Of a stretch of DNA of 64,000 bases, positions 25,379 to 36,605 are shown in pieces (the first letter of the stretch is position 1; each line of letters starts with the position of its first letter). Position numbers and translations under genes: made by a program. A model generated the notes under the pieces. The model saw nothing but the letters and a program-made list of their open reading frames with translations. It was not told the origin of the DNA and made no database searches. Source of the stretch: Macrostomum lignano (lineage: Eukaryota); the NCBI GenBank assembly GCA_002269645.1, contig NIVC01000836.1:1-64000 (forward strand), written 5' to 3'.

Positions 25379-28300
25379 CTAGGCCGTCGTCGGCGGACCC
25401 TTCCGTCGCACTCCGACCTTCCGCGGCGCCGGTGCCCCCGACGACGAATACGAGCACTCCTCAGGACCAGTTGGCAGAGAAGCCGCTTCGTCCATTGCTT
25501 GGTTGCGAGCGCTGAATAAGCTGGCCCGGCTGCCCGCTCCGCTGAATGGGACGGGCAAAATTATGGTTTAATATGCTGATAGGTTTTCAGCTGCCTATGG
25601 TGAATGAGACAGGGAGAGAGTAGATGAGACAGGTAGAAGAGTAGATGAGACAGGGAGAGAGTGGATGAGACAGGGAGAGAGTAGATGAGACAGGTAGAAG
25701 AGTAGATGAGACAGGGAGAGAGTGGATGAGACAGGAAGAGAGTAGATGAGACAGGTAGAAGAGTAGATGAGACAGGTAGAAGAGTAGATGAGACATGGAG
25801 AGAGAGTATGAGACCGTGAGAGAGAGTAGATGAGGCAGGGTGACAGAGCAGATGAGACAGGGAGAGAGAGTAGATGAGGCAGGGTGGCAGAGCAGATGAG
25901 ACAGGGAGAGAGAGAGTATATGAGGCAGGGTGACAGAGCAGATGAGACAGGGAGAGAGAGAGTATATGAGGCAGGGTGACAGAGTATGAGACAGGGAGAG
26001 AGAGAGTATATGAGGCAGGGTGACAGAGTATGAGACAGGGAGAGAGAGTAGATGAGGCAGGGAGAGAGAGTAGATGAGGCAGGGAGAGAGAGTAGATGAG
26101 GCAGGGAGAGAGAGTAGATGAGGCAGGGTGGCAGAGCAGATGAGACAGGGAGAGAGAGAGAGTAGATGAGGCAGGGTGACAGAGCAGATGAGACAGGGAG
26201 AGAGAGTAGATGAGGCAGGGTGGCAGAGCAGATGAGACAGGGAGAGAGAGAGAGTATATGAGGCAGGGTGACAGAGCAGATGAGACAGGGAGAGAGAGAG
26301 TATATGAGGCAGGGTGACAGAGTATGAGACAGGGAGAGAGAGAGTATATGAGGCAGGGTGACAGAGTATGAGACAGGGAGAGAGAGTAGATGAGGCAGGG
26401 AGAGAGAGTAGATGAGGCAGGGAGAGAGAGTAGATGAGGCAGGGTGGCAGAGCAGATGAGACAGGGAGAGAGAGAGTAGATGAGGCAGGGTGACAGAGCA
26501 GATGAGACAGGGAGAGAGAGAGTATATGAGGCAGGGTGACAGAGTATGAGACAGGGAGAGAGAGAGTATATGAGGCAGGGTGACAGAGTATGAGACAGGG
26601 AGAGAGAGTAGATGAGGCAGGGAGAGAGAGTAGATGAGGCAGGGTGACAGAGCAGATGAGACAGGGAGAGAGAGAGTATATGAGGCAGGGTGACAGAGTA
26701 TGAGACAGGGAGAGAGAGAGTATATGAGGCAGGGTGACAGAGTATGAGACAGGGAGAGAGAGTAGATGAGGCAGGGAGAGAGAGTAGATGAGGCAGGGTG
26801 ACAGAGCAGATGAGACAGGGAGAGAGAGAGTATATGAGGCAGGGTGACAGAGCAGATGAGACAGGGAGAGAGAGTAGATGAGGCAGGGAGAGAGAGTATA
26901 TGAGGCAGGGTGACAGAGTATGAGACAGGGAGAGAGAGTAGATGAGGCAGGGTGACAGAGCAGATGAGACAGGGAGAGAGAGAGTATATGAGGCAGGGTG
27001 ACAGAGCAGATGAGACAGGGAGAGAGAGAGTATATGAGGCAGGGTGACAGAGTATGAGACAGGGAGAGAGAGTAGATGAGGCAGGATGACAGAGCAGATG
27101 AGGCAGGGAGAGAGAGTAGATAAGGTAGGGCGAGAGAGTAGATGAGGCAGGATGACAGAGCAGATGAGGCAGGGAGAGAGAGTAGATAAGGTAGGGCGAG
27201 AGAGTAGACTAGACAGGGAGAGAGTAGGTTAGACAGGGAGATCCAATCATTGCACTCGCTCACCTTCTCCAGCTCAGCTGTCTCCTGGACCACCTAAACA
27301 GCCATGCGGCGAACACTGAGCAGCTGATGCCAGCCAGGGCAACTCCGACAACAACTGAAGACAGCCGACTGAAGCTGCGGGTTTTCCATACAGGATTCTT
27401 CATCAAATTGGGGGAAATTATTAGTTAGAAAACAAAGAAAATAATGCATGTATTACTTACTCATCCCAGAAGGTGCAGCACTCCTGACCGTCCTTGAAGC
27501 CGCAACAGTACACCTTGTCCAGTTGGTTATCCAACGGGCAGACGTGTAGGCCGAGTACCGTACGGTTCTGGTAGAGCCAGGGCTGCATTACTGAGTCATT
27601 TAGCCAGCTGGGCAGGTCGTGTCGCACGCTGAAGCACAGGGTCATGCTGTCGCTGTACTCTGGATGGGCTGCTCGCCAGTCCTTTGAGGCCAGAATGATG
27701 CCGAGGCGGTAGGCTGTGTACTTGGCTAGGAAGCTGGGTATGGGATTGGGTGGGTCTGTTTTGAAGCTTCCTGATTGGCTGTGGAGTTGAACTAGCCTAC
27801 GCCTAGAGTAGTGAGGTGGGTCTCTTTCCAATGGAGCTCTCTGATTGGCTGTGGAGTTGAACTAGCCTACGCCTAGAGTAGTGACATGGGTCTCTTTGCA
27901 ATGGAGCTCTCTGATTGGCTGTGGAGTTGACTAGCCTACGCCTAGAGTAGTGAGGTGGGTCTCTTTTTAATGGAGCTCTCTGATTTGTTGTGGAGTTGAA
28001 CTTGGTCCAGGGGTATGTAGAGAGGCGAATGATATTATATTTTAGGCTAAATCAGGTGGGTGTTAAAATGATTAATATGAGTACTGCTCACGAGAACCGA
28101 CTGCGGATGAGCATTGGCAGCGAGGAGAAGCCGCCGCTTCCGGACGAGCCGTAGCGGCTGTTTTTCCGAGTGCTGCCGCCGGCTCGGCTGCCTGCGCCCT
28201 TCGTACGGGGAACTCCTTTGCTGTACAAGGGGCTCGCGGCTGAAGAGCGAGTGAGATTTGTTTCAATCTGGGGGCTTCGAAAGTGTTCTTGGCACAAGCT

Positions 28301-29980
28301 TTCCTCTTTTGCCAGCCTTCTCCTCTCTCCCTCTCGACCCTCCTCTCTCCCTCTCAATTCTCCTCTCTCCCTCTTAACCCTCCTCTCTCTCCTTCTCAAC
28401 CATCTCTCTCTCTCTCTCTCTCAAACCTCCTCTCTCACTCTCAACCCTCCTTTCTCTCTCTCAACCCTCCTCGCTCTCAACCCTCCTCTCTCTCGCTCTC
28501 AACCCTCCTCTCTCGCTCTCAACCCTCCTCTCTCGCTCTCAACCCTCCTCTCTTGCTCTCAACCCTCCTTTCTCTCTGTCAACCCTCTCTCTCGTTCTCA
28601 ACCCTCCTCTCTCACTCTCAACCCTCCTTTCTCTCTCTCAACCCTCCTCTCTCTCAACCCTCCTCTATCCTTCTCAATCATCCTCAGTCTCCTTCTCAAC
28701 CCTCCTCTCTCGCTTTCAACCCTCCTCTCTCTCAACCCTCCTCTCTATCCTTCTCAATCATCCTCAGTCTCCTTCTCAACCCTCCTCTCTCGCTCTCAAC
28801 CCTCCTCTCTCTCAACCCTCCTCTCTATCCTTCTCAATCATCCTCAGTCTCCTTCTCAACCCTCCTCTCTCGCTCTCAACCCTCCTCTCTTGCTCTCAAC
28901 CCTCCTTTCTCTCTGTCAACCCTCCTCTCTCCTTCTCAACCCTCCTCTCTCGCTCTCAACCCTCCTCTCTCTCGCTCTCAACCCTCCTCTCTCGCTCTCA
29001 ACCCTCCTCTCTCGCTCTCAACCCTCCTCTCTTGCTCTCAACCCTCCTTTCTCTCTGTCAACCCTCTCTCTCGTTCTCAACCCTCCTCTCTCACTCTCAA
29101 CCCTCCTTTCTCTCTCTCAACCCTCCTCTCTCTCAACCCTCCTCTCTATCCTTCTCAATCATCCTCAGTCTCCTTCTCAACCCTCCTCTCTCGCTTTCAA
29201 CCCTCCTCTCTCTCAACCCTCCTCTCTATCCTTCTCAATCATCCTCAGTCTCCTTCTCAACCCTCCTCTCTCGCTCTCAACCCTCCTCTCTCTCAACCCT
29301 CCTCTCTATCCTTCTCAATCATCCTCAGTCTCCTTCTCAACCCTCCTCTCTCGCTCTCAACCCTCCTCTCTTGCTCTCAACCCTCCTTTCTCTCTGTCAA
29401 CCCTCCTCTCTCCTTCTCAACCCTCCTCTCTCGCTCTCAACCCTCCTCTCTCTCGCTCTCAACCCTCCTCTCTCGCTCTCAACCCTCCTCTCTCGCTCTC
29501 AACCCTCCTCTCTTGCTCTCAACCCTCCTTTCTCTCTGTCAACCCTCTCTCTCGTTCTCAACCCTCCTCTCTCACTCTCAACCCTCCTTTCTCTCTCTCA
29601 ACCCTCCTCTCTCTCAACCCTCCTCTCTATCCTTCTCAATCATCCCCAGTCTCCTTCTCAACCCTCCTCTCTCGCTCTCAATACTCCTCTCTCGCTCTCC
29701 TTCTCCCTCTTAACCCTCCTCTCTCTCCTTCTCAACCATCTCTCTCTCTCAAACCTCCTCTCTCACTTTCAACCCTCCTCTCTCGCTCTCAACCCTCCTC
29801 TCTCCCTCTCAACCCTCCTCTCTCTCCTTCTCAACCCTCCTCTCTCGCCCTCAATCCTCCTCTCTCGCCTCCTCTTTCCCTCTCATGCATGAATCCTTCC
29901 CCGCTAAGCCAGGCTTGCAAAAATTCCTTACCAACTGAAAGCAGCAACAAAATCTGCAGAATTCTTCGAGTTCCAAGCAT
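25379..29980 (-). CDS. Shisa-like/STMC6 (CX-type) single-pass membrane protein, paralogue C; 5 exons
   Basis: Exons 29980-29932, 28239-28092, 27733-27461, 27374-27264, 25541-25379; GT-AG, phases 1/2/2/2. Signal peptide MLGTRRILQILLLLSVA; G/S/R-rich segment ending RSRFS; ectodomain YSDSMTLCF...PWLYQNRTVLGLHVCP...VYCCG..DGQECCTFW; TM LSSVVVGVALAGISCSVFAAWLF. The last exon is less certain and has no PPxY. Confidence 0.83.
25603..27240. repeat. GA-rich minisatellite filling intron 4 of paralogue C
   Basis: GAGAGTAGATGAG(A/G)CAGGG and GTGACAGAGCAGATGAG units with higher-order structure. Confidence 0.96.
27770..28005. repeat. About 70-bp tandem repeat (3+ copies) in intron 2 of paralogue C
   Basis: CTGATTGGCTGTGGAGTTGAACTAGCCTACGCCTAGAG... 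starts at 27771, 27841, 27911, with a partial copy at about 27980. Confidence 0.93.
28315..29885. repeat. CT-rich (CTCTCAACCCTCCT) array filling intron 1 of paralogue C
   Basis: Tandem CTCTCAACCCTCCTCTCT units with TCAATCATCCTCAG variants and block duplications. Confidence 0.96.
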
Positions 29981-30409
29981 CGCCGATTTTTTTAACCTGT
30001 AGTTCTATTAATTTAATGCATTGTGTATTTGTACTAAACGGTCTGCGTCTTGTGCGGCCGGTCAATTCTCGCCTAGAGAAATGGGCTCAAGTTTACAGTA
30101 TGTTACTAAAGTTTAAATGTTTGTCGTTGCTAGGATCCACGTCTCCCATTCTATCCTATTCTCTATCCTTTCCTTTGTTATCACTCGTACGTGTTTTCTT
30201 GTTCCTGTACAGTATACATGTACTCACTAGTCTGCAGATCCCCACCGCCGCGGGCTTAGATGAGGCTGACAGTTTCCAAATTCAAGAGAGACTGGAATAA
30301 GCTAAAGACAATTGCAAGTACTGCACAGTGTACGTGTGCTGTGCAGAATCCAGTATGTAGCATACGGTTGGGGCGGAAAGGGAGGCGATGCTTTGGAGGG
30401 AGGGGAAGA

Positions 30410-30575
30410 TTGAATGGGGGAGAGGAAGGGGAGAGGTAGAGAGAGGAGGGTTGAGAGGGAGAGAGGAAAGCTGAGAGGGAGAGAGAGGAGGGTTGAGAGG
30501 AAGCTGAGAGGGAGGGAGAGATAAGAATGAGAGGGAGAGGAGGAAGCTTAGAGGGAGAGGATGAGGTTGAGAGGT
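30410..30575. repeat. GA-rich tract containing inverted copies of the paralogue C intron-1 unit
   Basis: GAGAGGAGGGTTGAGAGG is the reverse complement of CCTCTCAACCCTCCTCTC. Confidence 0.75.
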
Positions 30576-31073
30576 AAGGGTGAGAAGTACAGAAAGATGA
30601 TATGGAGAGTGGAATCAATTCCTATTCATATATGAGAATGTTTTTGCTATAAAATAAGAATTTGAAGCTCATTTGAAGAAGTCCAATTGTCAGGACTGCA
30701 TATCGAGTATGGAGAGGCGCCTTGCTCAGCCGCAAGAGAATGAAAGCGTCATTAAACCAATCAACCAAAATTTAAAATCGTGAATACAAAAAGGCTAAAC
30801 TAAAAACCAAGAATTGCAGCCTTCAAGTGGATTTGCAAGCGTTTATTTTTTTTAGTTTTCGTAAAACCTTTCGCTAAGTCGAATCGAATGTAAGAATTTT
30901 GAGACACAGAATCTTACAGTACATGACTACTGAGTACGGTTTATTACAAACGATATATAATTTTCAGTAGTGCTGGACTAATAATAATGATAATTTAATT
31001 TGCTAATTCGCCTACTACAAGTAGCCGGATGAGGGAAAACGAAACAGTCTAAATAATGATAGTAATTGCATCG

Positions 31074-34000
31074 TCAGCGACTGGCGGACAAGTCGGACAG
31101 GCCGGCCAGAGTCTCCTGGTCGAACTTGCCGCGCTGCGGATTCGCCGAGGTGACCAGGGCGTCGCCCAGTTCGGCCAGCAGGCGCTCGCCGATGTCCTCG
31201 GCGATCTGGTCGTGCTGCCTGAACGCGGCCAGCTCGTGCTGATCCAGGTGCTCCAGGCACTGGCGGCGGCCCTTCACCCGGACCTGATGGATTCGCTCCA
31301 TGTGCCGCTCCCGGTTGGACTTGGTCGAGAAGGCGTGCTCACAGCGGGTGCATGCGTACGGCTTGTGGCTGGTGTGCGTGATGATGTGCCGCTTCAGCGA
31401 TGACATCCAGGGGAAGGCCTGCCGGCAGGACTCGAACGGGCAGTAGATGAGGTTCGGCGCCTCTTTGTAGGAGTTTTTGCGAGACTTTCTCTGCTCGGCC
31501 GATTGCGAATGCCGACGCCCGTCCTGGTCGATCATGTCGACGTCCACGTCGACGTCGATGTCAACAGCGTCGTCGGCTGCGTCGCTAAGGTCTCCAAGGG
31601 TGCAGTCGTTGCTGCTGCGGCTCTGGTGCTCGTCGGTGTCGTCGGCGCTGACGCAGCCGGGAGTCGGCGTCGAGGTTGCCGCTTTGCCATCTGGCTGCGC
31701 CAGCGGCGGAAATGTCGGCAGCATCGGCTGCGGGGCCTGAGGCTGCTGACTGAGAGCGGACAGCCACAGGTGCTGCTGGCTGCTGCCGGCCAGGGCAGCC
31801 AGGTGGTGCAGGCTCCACGGCCAGGGAAGGCAAGCGGCCGCGGCGGCTGCGGCGGCTGCTGCGGCAGCGGCTGGCCAAGGCTGAGCAGCAGGCGTCGCGA
31901 GAGTCTGGCGAGGCGGCGCCAACGCGGCGGATGAGCTGGGAGCAGCGGGGATCGTTGCTGCCGACTTCTGCACTGTCAGGTCCAGCGGCTGGTCGGTGGC
32001 GGCCGACTGAGCAGACGGAGCCACCCGGTCGGAGCTGGACCGCTTCAGCGCGCCTTTCAGCCAGACTGGCGGAGCCTCCTCCAGCTGCGCCTCCTCGCCG
32101 CTGTCGTCATCAAACGCCGCTACGGCGTCAGCGGCCGCCGGCGCTTCCTCTGTCGCTGTCGTTGAAGAATCGCCGACACCGCCGCCGCCGCCCGGACGAC
32201 GTCCGCGACGTCCGCGACCTTCGCCGCTGAGATGGCGGTCGACCTGGTCGGCCAGGCCGGGATCATTCCGGTGGGTCTGCAGGTGCCGCCGCATGTTGCC
32301 GTTGGTGGTGAAGGCGGTCGGGCAAAGCGGACAGGCGAACGGCCGCTCGTCTGTTGGGATTTGGGAGATTTTTCTTAGATATTTTGAAAGATGAAGGATG
32401 TGGGAGCAGATGAGACTGGGACTGCTGTGCGAATTGGGAAGCGAAATTGGAAACCGGGAGAGAGGAGAGTGGAGAGGGGAAGCGGGAGAGGGGGAGCGGG
32501 AGAGGGGGGAGCGGAAGAGGGGGAAGGAGAGGGGGAAGGAGAGGGGGAAGCGGGAGAGGGAAAGCGGGAGAGGGGAAGCGGGAGAGGGGAAGCGGGAGAG
32601 GGCAAGCGGGAGAGGGCAAGCGGGAGAGGGGAAAGCGGGAGAGGGCAAGCGGGAGAGGGGAAGCGGGAGAGGGGAAAGCGGGAGAGGGGAAGCGGGAGAG
32701 GGGAAGCGGGAGAGGGGAAAGCGGGAGAGGGCAAGCGGGAGAGGGGAAGCGGGAGAGGGGAAGTGGGAGAGGGGAAGCGGGAGAGGGGAAAGCGGGAGAG
32801 GGAGGAAGAGAAAAATCAGAGTCAGAGGATGGTTGACAGAAAACTTCTACCTCAACATACTACTCATGCGAGTAGAAATAATAGTAAATGCAATATTTAT
32901 TTAAAACACTCACCCGAATGCGTGAGCATGTGCCTATCTAGCGAGGACTGCGAGCTGAGCTCCTTGCTGCAGATGGCGCACCTGTGCTGCCCAACTGAAT
33001 CGCAATCCCGATTGTGCGTCCTCAGGTGGGCGGTCAGCTCGATTTTGCTTCTGGCCAGCACCTGCCTGCCGTTCTGGTCGCAGAGCGGGCAAACGAACAC
33101 CTCCTGACCATTGAGCAGCTGTTTCGGCAGGACCTGTCAATTCCAGCGGGAATTTCGGTTGAATTTTTTTTCGATACGGCGGCGGAGATAAGAGATAAGG
33201 ATAAATAGGTTTACATTTTATACAAAATTTTCCCAAGTGTGTTTTATGACTGGCAAGCATACCACCTGCACCATAGGAAGAACTCGCCGCCCTAGCAACT
33301 GTCCAGTATCTCTGCCAAGCTTCATCTTCATTTCTATGCGCAACCAACGAATGAAAAAAACTTTGTGATACCAAAAAAGTGCCTCCGCTTTGAGTGCCCG
33401 CCTCCTAACACCCGAAATCCCAGATGGGGGAGGGGATGGGAGTCTGCACGGTCAAGGATCGACGCCGAGAATAAAAGTCTGGTAGGGGGGGGGGTCATCC
33501 AGGGGTCAGCCATGATTGTGAGGCAATCATATCATTGACTGACTTGTCTGCAGTTCTATGGGACTTGACCGCAGTCTCCTTGGATCCTCTTCTTTATCTA
33601 TAATAACTTTATTGCTCGTTTCCCGTTCCCACCAAAAATAAAAAGTTAGATTTCGAGTCGAATATGGACTGCGAGTTGTGTCCCGCATGCAGATGCAGAT
33701 GAGGCTGAGGCTGGCTAGACAGGCGCCGGCAGCGGTTATATAAAAATAGGAAAAGAAACTAAGACTCCAAAGCTAGAGTCTGTGTAGTCTGTGTTACCCT
33801 TTACTTCCTCTATACTAGTTTGTTTACATCTTTTTTTTTCAGAGACCCATGAATGTGAGAAGGCAAACCAATCCAATCAACAAAGGTGATTGACACTGGA
33901 TCGGGTAGTTCAGAACTCAAATTGCACTAAAAATCCTAAAGTTAAATAAAGACTTTGAGTTCGGTATAGCTTTGAACTCCTGTCATTCTTTGTCCCCACT

Positions 34001-34515
34001 CTTTTGCTTCCAGAAAATTTGCTTCCACAAATCAACAATAGGGGACCTCAGGTGTTTTGCGTTTGCACCTTATGCACACTTAATTTCAGTTTGATAACGA
34101 CCAAATGCGAGCGTACAGCCATAAACCAGCCGGTTGGTAAACAAAAATAAAATAATTAATTAATATCGCACCTTAGTAGCAGAGCTCCTCCGTCCACTTC
34201 CGCCGGGCAGAGTCTGCAACTTCTTCTGTTGCTTCTGCTTTTGCTGCTCTTGCTGCTCTGGCTGATCAGGCCGCAGCAGATGCAGCTGATTCGACGCGAA
34301 ATTCGATGTCGACCAAGTCAGCCCCATGAAGCTCTGGCGCTGATGAGAGGCTGCAGTGTGATGCAAAGTTAACAGTTCAAAGTTCCCAGTTGAATGTTAT
34401 TGCAATTTCTAGGAAAATAAGTATGAATTATTAAATTACCAAACGATGCAGGCCGCAGCAGAGCATCAGCGCTGCCAAATTCGTCCTTGAACTGCTGATG
34501 TTGCAGTAGAGTCAT
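31074..34515 (-). CDS. RREB1: RREB1/hindsight (pebbled)-like C2H2 zinc-finger transcription factor; 4 exons, 5 fingers
   Basis: Exons 34515-34440, 34350-34172, 33133-32914, 32350-31074; phases 1/0/1, continuous frame. Diagnostic fingers: [63 protein letters not shown], matching the RREB1/Hnt signatures SSLDRHM, TTNGNM.RH, F.W.SSL.RH and STKSN.ERH. There is also a CtBP-type PLDLT motif. Confidence 0.92.
32455..32810. repeat. G-rich ~14-bp repeat in RREB1 intron 3
   Basis: (GCGGGAGAGGGGAA)n on the + strand. Confidence 0.95.
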
Positions 34516-34853
34516 GGTTCGAGTTTAATCTCGAAGCTCTGCAGACTATAGACTTGGGAGTTTGGTAAGCTAGGATGTGGGAACTAAGATGATGATATTG
34601 TGCGAGTCGATTCCCACTGTTTAAATAGCGATGGTGGAGCAGTCAGGCAGGAGGCGGAGGCCGGAGGGGGAGGGACATCCTCTTTGGACCGGAGCCAATT
34701 CCTCCCTGAGAGAGTGGCTATTGGGGGATTGAGCAAGCTCACCCGAGCTCCTGCTCTCATTGGCCCGGGGGGCGGCGGCGGCGGCGGCTGCGGCCCACGC
34801 TGATTACGTGAAGCCGAGGGAGAGTTGAGCAGGAGTAGGGGGGTTGGGTGAGA

Positions 34854-36605
34854 CAAGGACTTCTCTATATAGCATCTGGACTGGAAGCTTCGCAATTTTT
34901 TTTCCGTCTCTATACCTCACAGGGGCAAAAGAAGAAAAGACCCAGAAGGAGGAAAGGAGACAGGAAAAATTTAACTGTCAAGCTGGCCATAAACATGACA
35001 AAGACACTGTACACAGAAAAGAAGCAAAGTTCAGGGGCATGCAGGGAAGAGCTCATGGGGTAAAGTTTATCCCCCAACAATGAATCTTTAACATGTACGT
35101 TTATCTTGAAAACTAGTCTGCTATTCGGACTGAGTCATGACTGGAGGTGATGAGTGGGAGTCCCACTCCCACGTTCTATATATACTGACGAGCTGGCTGT
35201 ACTGTACAAATGAAAAAGAAAATTTTGCCTTCAGTGCCTGCCTCATCAATTTCACAATACTGCTACAGTTGCTTCAAGCACTGACAATTTTGTTCCAACA
35301 AAATGGTTAAGTCGTGCTCAGCACAGGGCTGCGCTAATCGAGCCTCCTCGGACAAGCGAATGAGCTTTCATGGCTATCCTATGCACAATGCAGTCCTTCT
35401 TGAACAATGGAAGCGAGCAAATCCAAGGCAGAACTTCGAGCCTACCAAGAGCTCAACCATTTGCTCTGCGCACTTCCACCCCAAGACTTCGTGGAAAACT
35501 CTCTGGACACCAACGCCAACGCGAACCGCAAGAAGAGCCGGGACCAACTGTCGAGGCGGTGTCTGAAGCCAGGGACGGTGCCGTCTATCTTCCCGAATAG
35601 ACTTATCTCTCTTCTTATCTCTCTTCTGCCGGTCAACTGCGGCAACATCAACTCAGCGCTTGGAGAGAAAATACTGCACTGCAAGGCCAAATTGATGAGT
35701 TCCGAGATGCGGACTCAATCGTTGACGACTACCTTGATGAAGTGCAGCTAAAACTGAATCGAGAGGAAGGAAAACCGGCAGGATTTCATACCACCATGCT
35801 TGCTGACCAGCTGTATCTACACGCTGAACATGGAGCCTTCCTTTCATGTCTCCTGCTACATCTACATGGATAAAGACCACAGCATCACTATTGGAGTCAA
35901 CTGAGTGTTGCTAAAGCCAACCCGACTCAGAGACTTACTTTCGGACGGGAAAGTATCGACTCTCAGTCAACTAGTCAACATAATATCCAGAGTCAAGAAC
36001 TGGGAGGTAGACACTGACAGTGCCAAAGCTGAAGGCAAGGCCAACCGTATGCTTGACATGGCCCAAGATCTTCTGGAAGAAGCGGAGAATCTTGTTAATA
36101 ATCGCACTGTTGGCTTCATTTTGGAGCAGCTGAAACTCAGCAGGCAGCCGAGCTGCAGAAGGAGATATTCACAGCAGCTCATGATCTTCGCTTATGTTCT
36201 GTACTCCACCAGCGCTTCGGCTTATAAGACAATACTGGAGCAGGACGTCCTCTGTTTTCCATCTGATCGAACCCTTCGGTCTGCTTCAGCCAAAGTTGGT
36301 TCAAAGAATGGTCTAGACATCGAAAGCTACCTTCAGTTGAGAGCATCGAAGTTATCGAAATTTATCGAAATCGAATCGAAAATCGAAATTTTTAATAATC
36401 GAAATTATTAAAAAAAGAAATCTAAATCATTCTGAATGAATTTTTATTAAGCTCATGATTTATATAACAATATAAGTGCATAATGGCCAGCTATCTAATA
36501 TACGATGTAACTAGGATCTAAGCTATTTTGGGAAGGGCTTTTGCCCCTCTAAGGTATATGCGGGTGGGGAGCTTCCAGTCCAGATGCTATATAGAGAAGT
36601 CCCTG
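34854..36605 (+). mobile_element. Internally deleted, non-autonomous P-superfamily (THAP9/P/Galileo-like) DNA transposon
   Basis: 36-bp TIRs with 1 mismatch: CAAGGACTTCTCTATATAGCATCTGGACTGGAAGCT at 34854-34889 and its complement at 36570-36605; CA...TG termini. TSD GGTGAGA at 34847-34853 and 36606-36612 (an 8-bp reading GGGTGAGA is also possible). It encodes a THAP domain and the transposase N-terminal region. Confidence 0.92.
35303..36411 (+). pseudogene. Frameshifted, truncated THAP/P-element transposase
   Basis: THAP domain MVKSCSAQGC...FHGYP...W...ICSAHF, continuing in another frame to LKPGTVPSIF. Next is FILEQL...RRYS...FAYVLYSTSASAY...FPSDRTLR...YLQLRASKL, which stops just before the expected first catalytic Asp of the RNase H domain and runs into TCGAAA low-complexity sequence. 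Confidence 0.88.

Noticed and set aside
22669-25519. Long ORFs of 881, 465, 372, 291 and 280 aa (SSQSSGGS/LLNPQVGH/ILRWVIFS)
   Set aside because: These are frame mosaics of a 24/23-bp satellite whose + strand lacks stops. All three frames are open and there is no unique domain.
20266-30002. Leu/Ser/Pro-rich ORFs of 375, 568, 610, 476 and 286 aa
   Set aside because: These are read-through of CT/GA low-complexity intronic arrays.
31056-33107. + strand ORFs overlapping RREB1
   Set aside because: They are antisense shadows of GC-rich coding sequence and of the G-rich intronic repeat.
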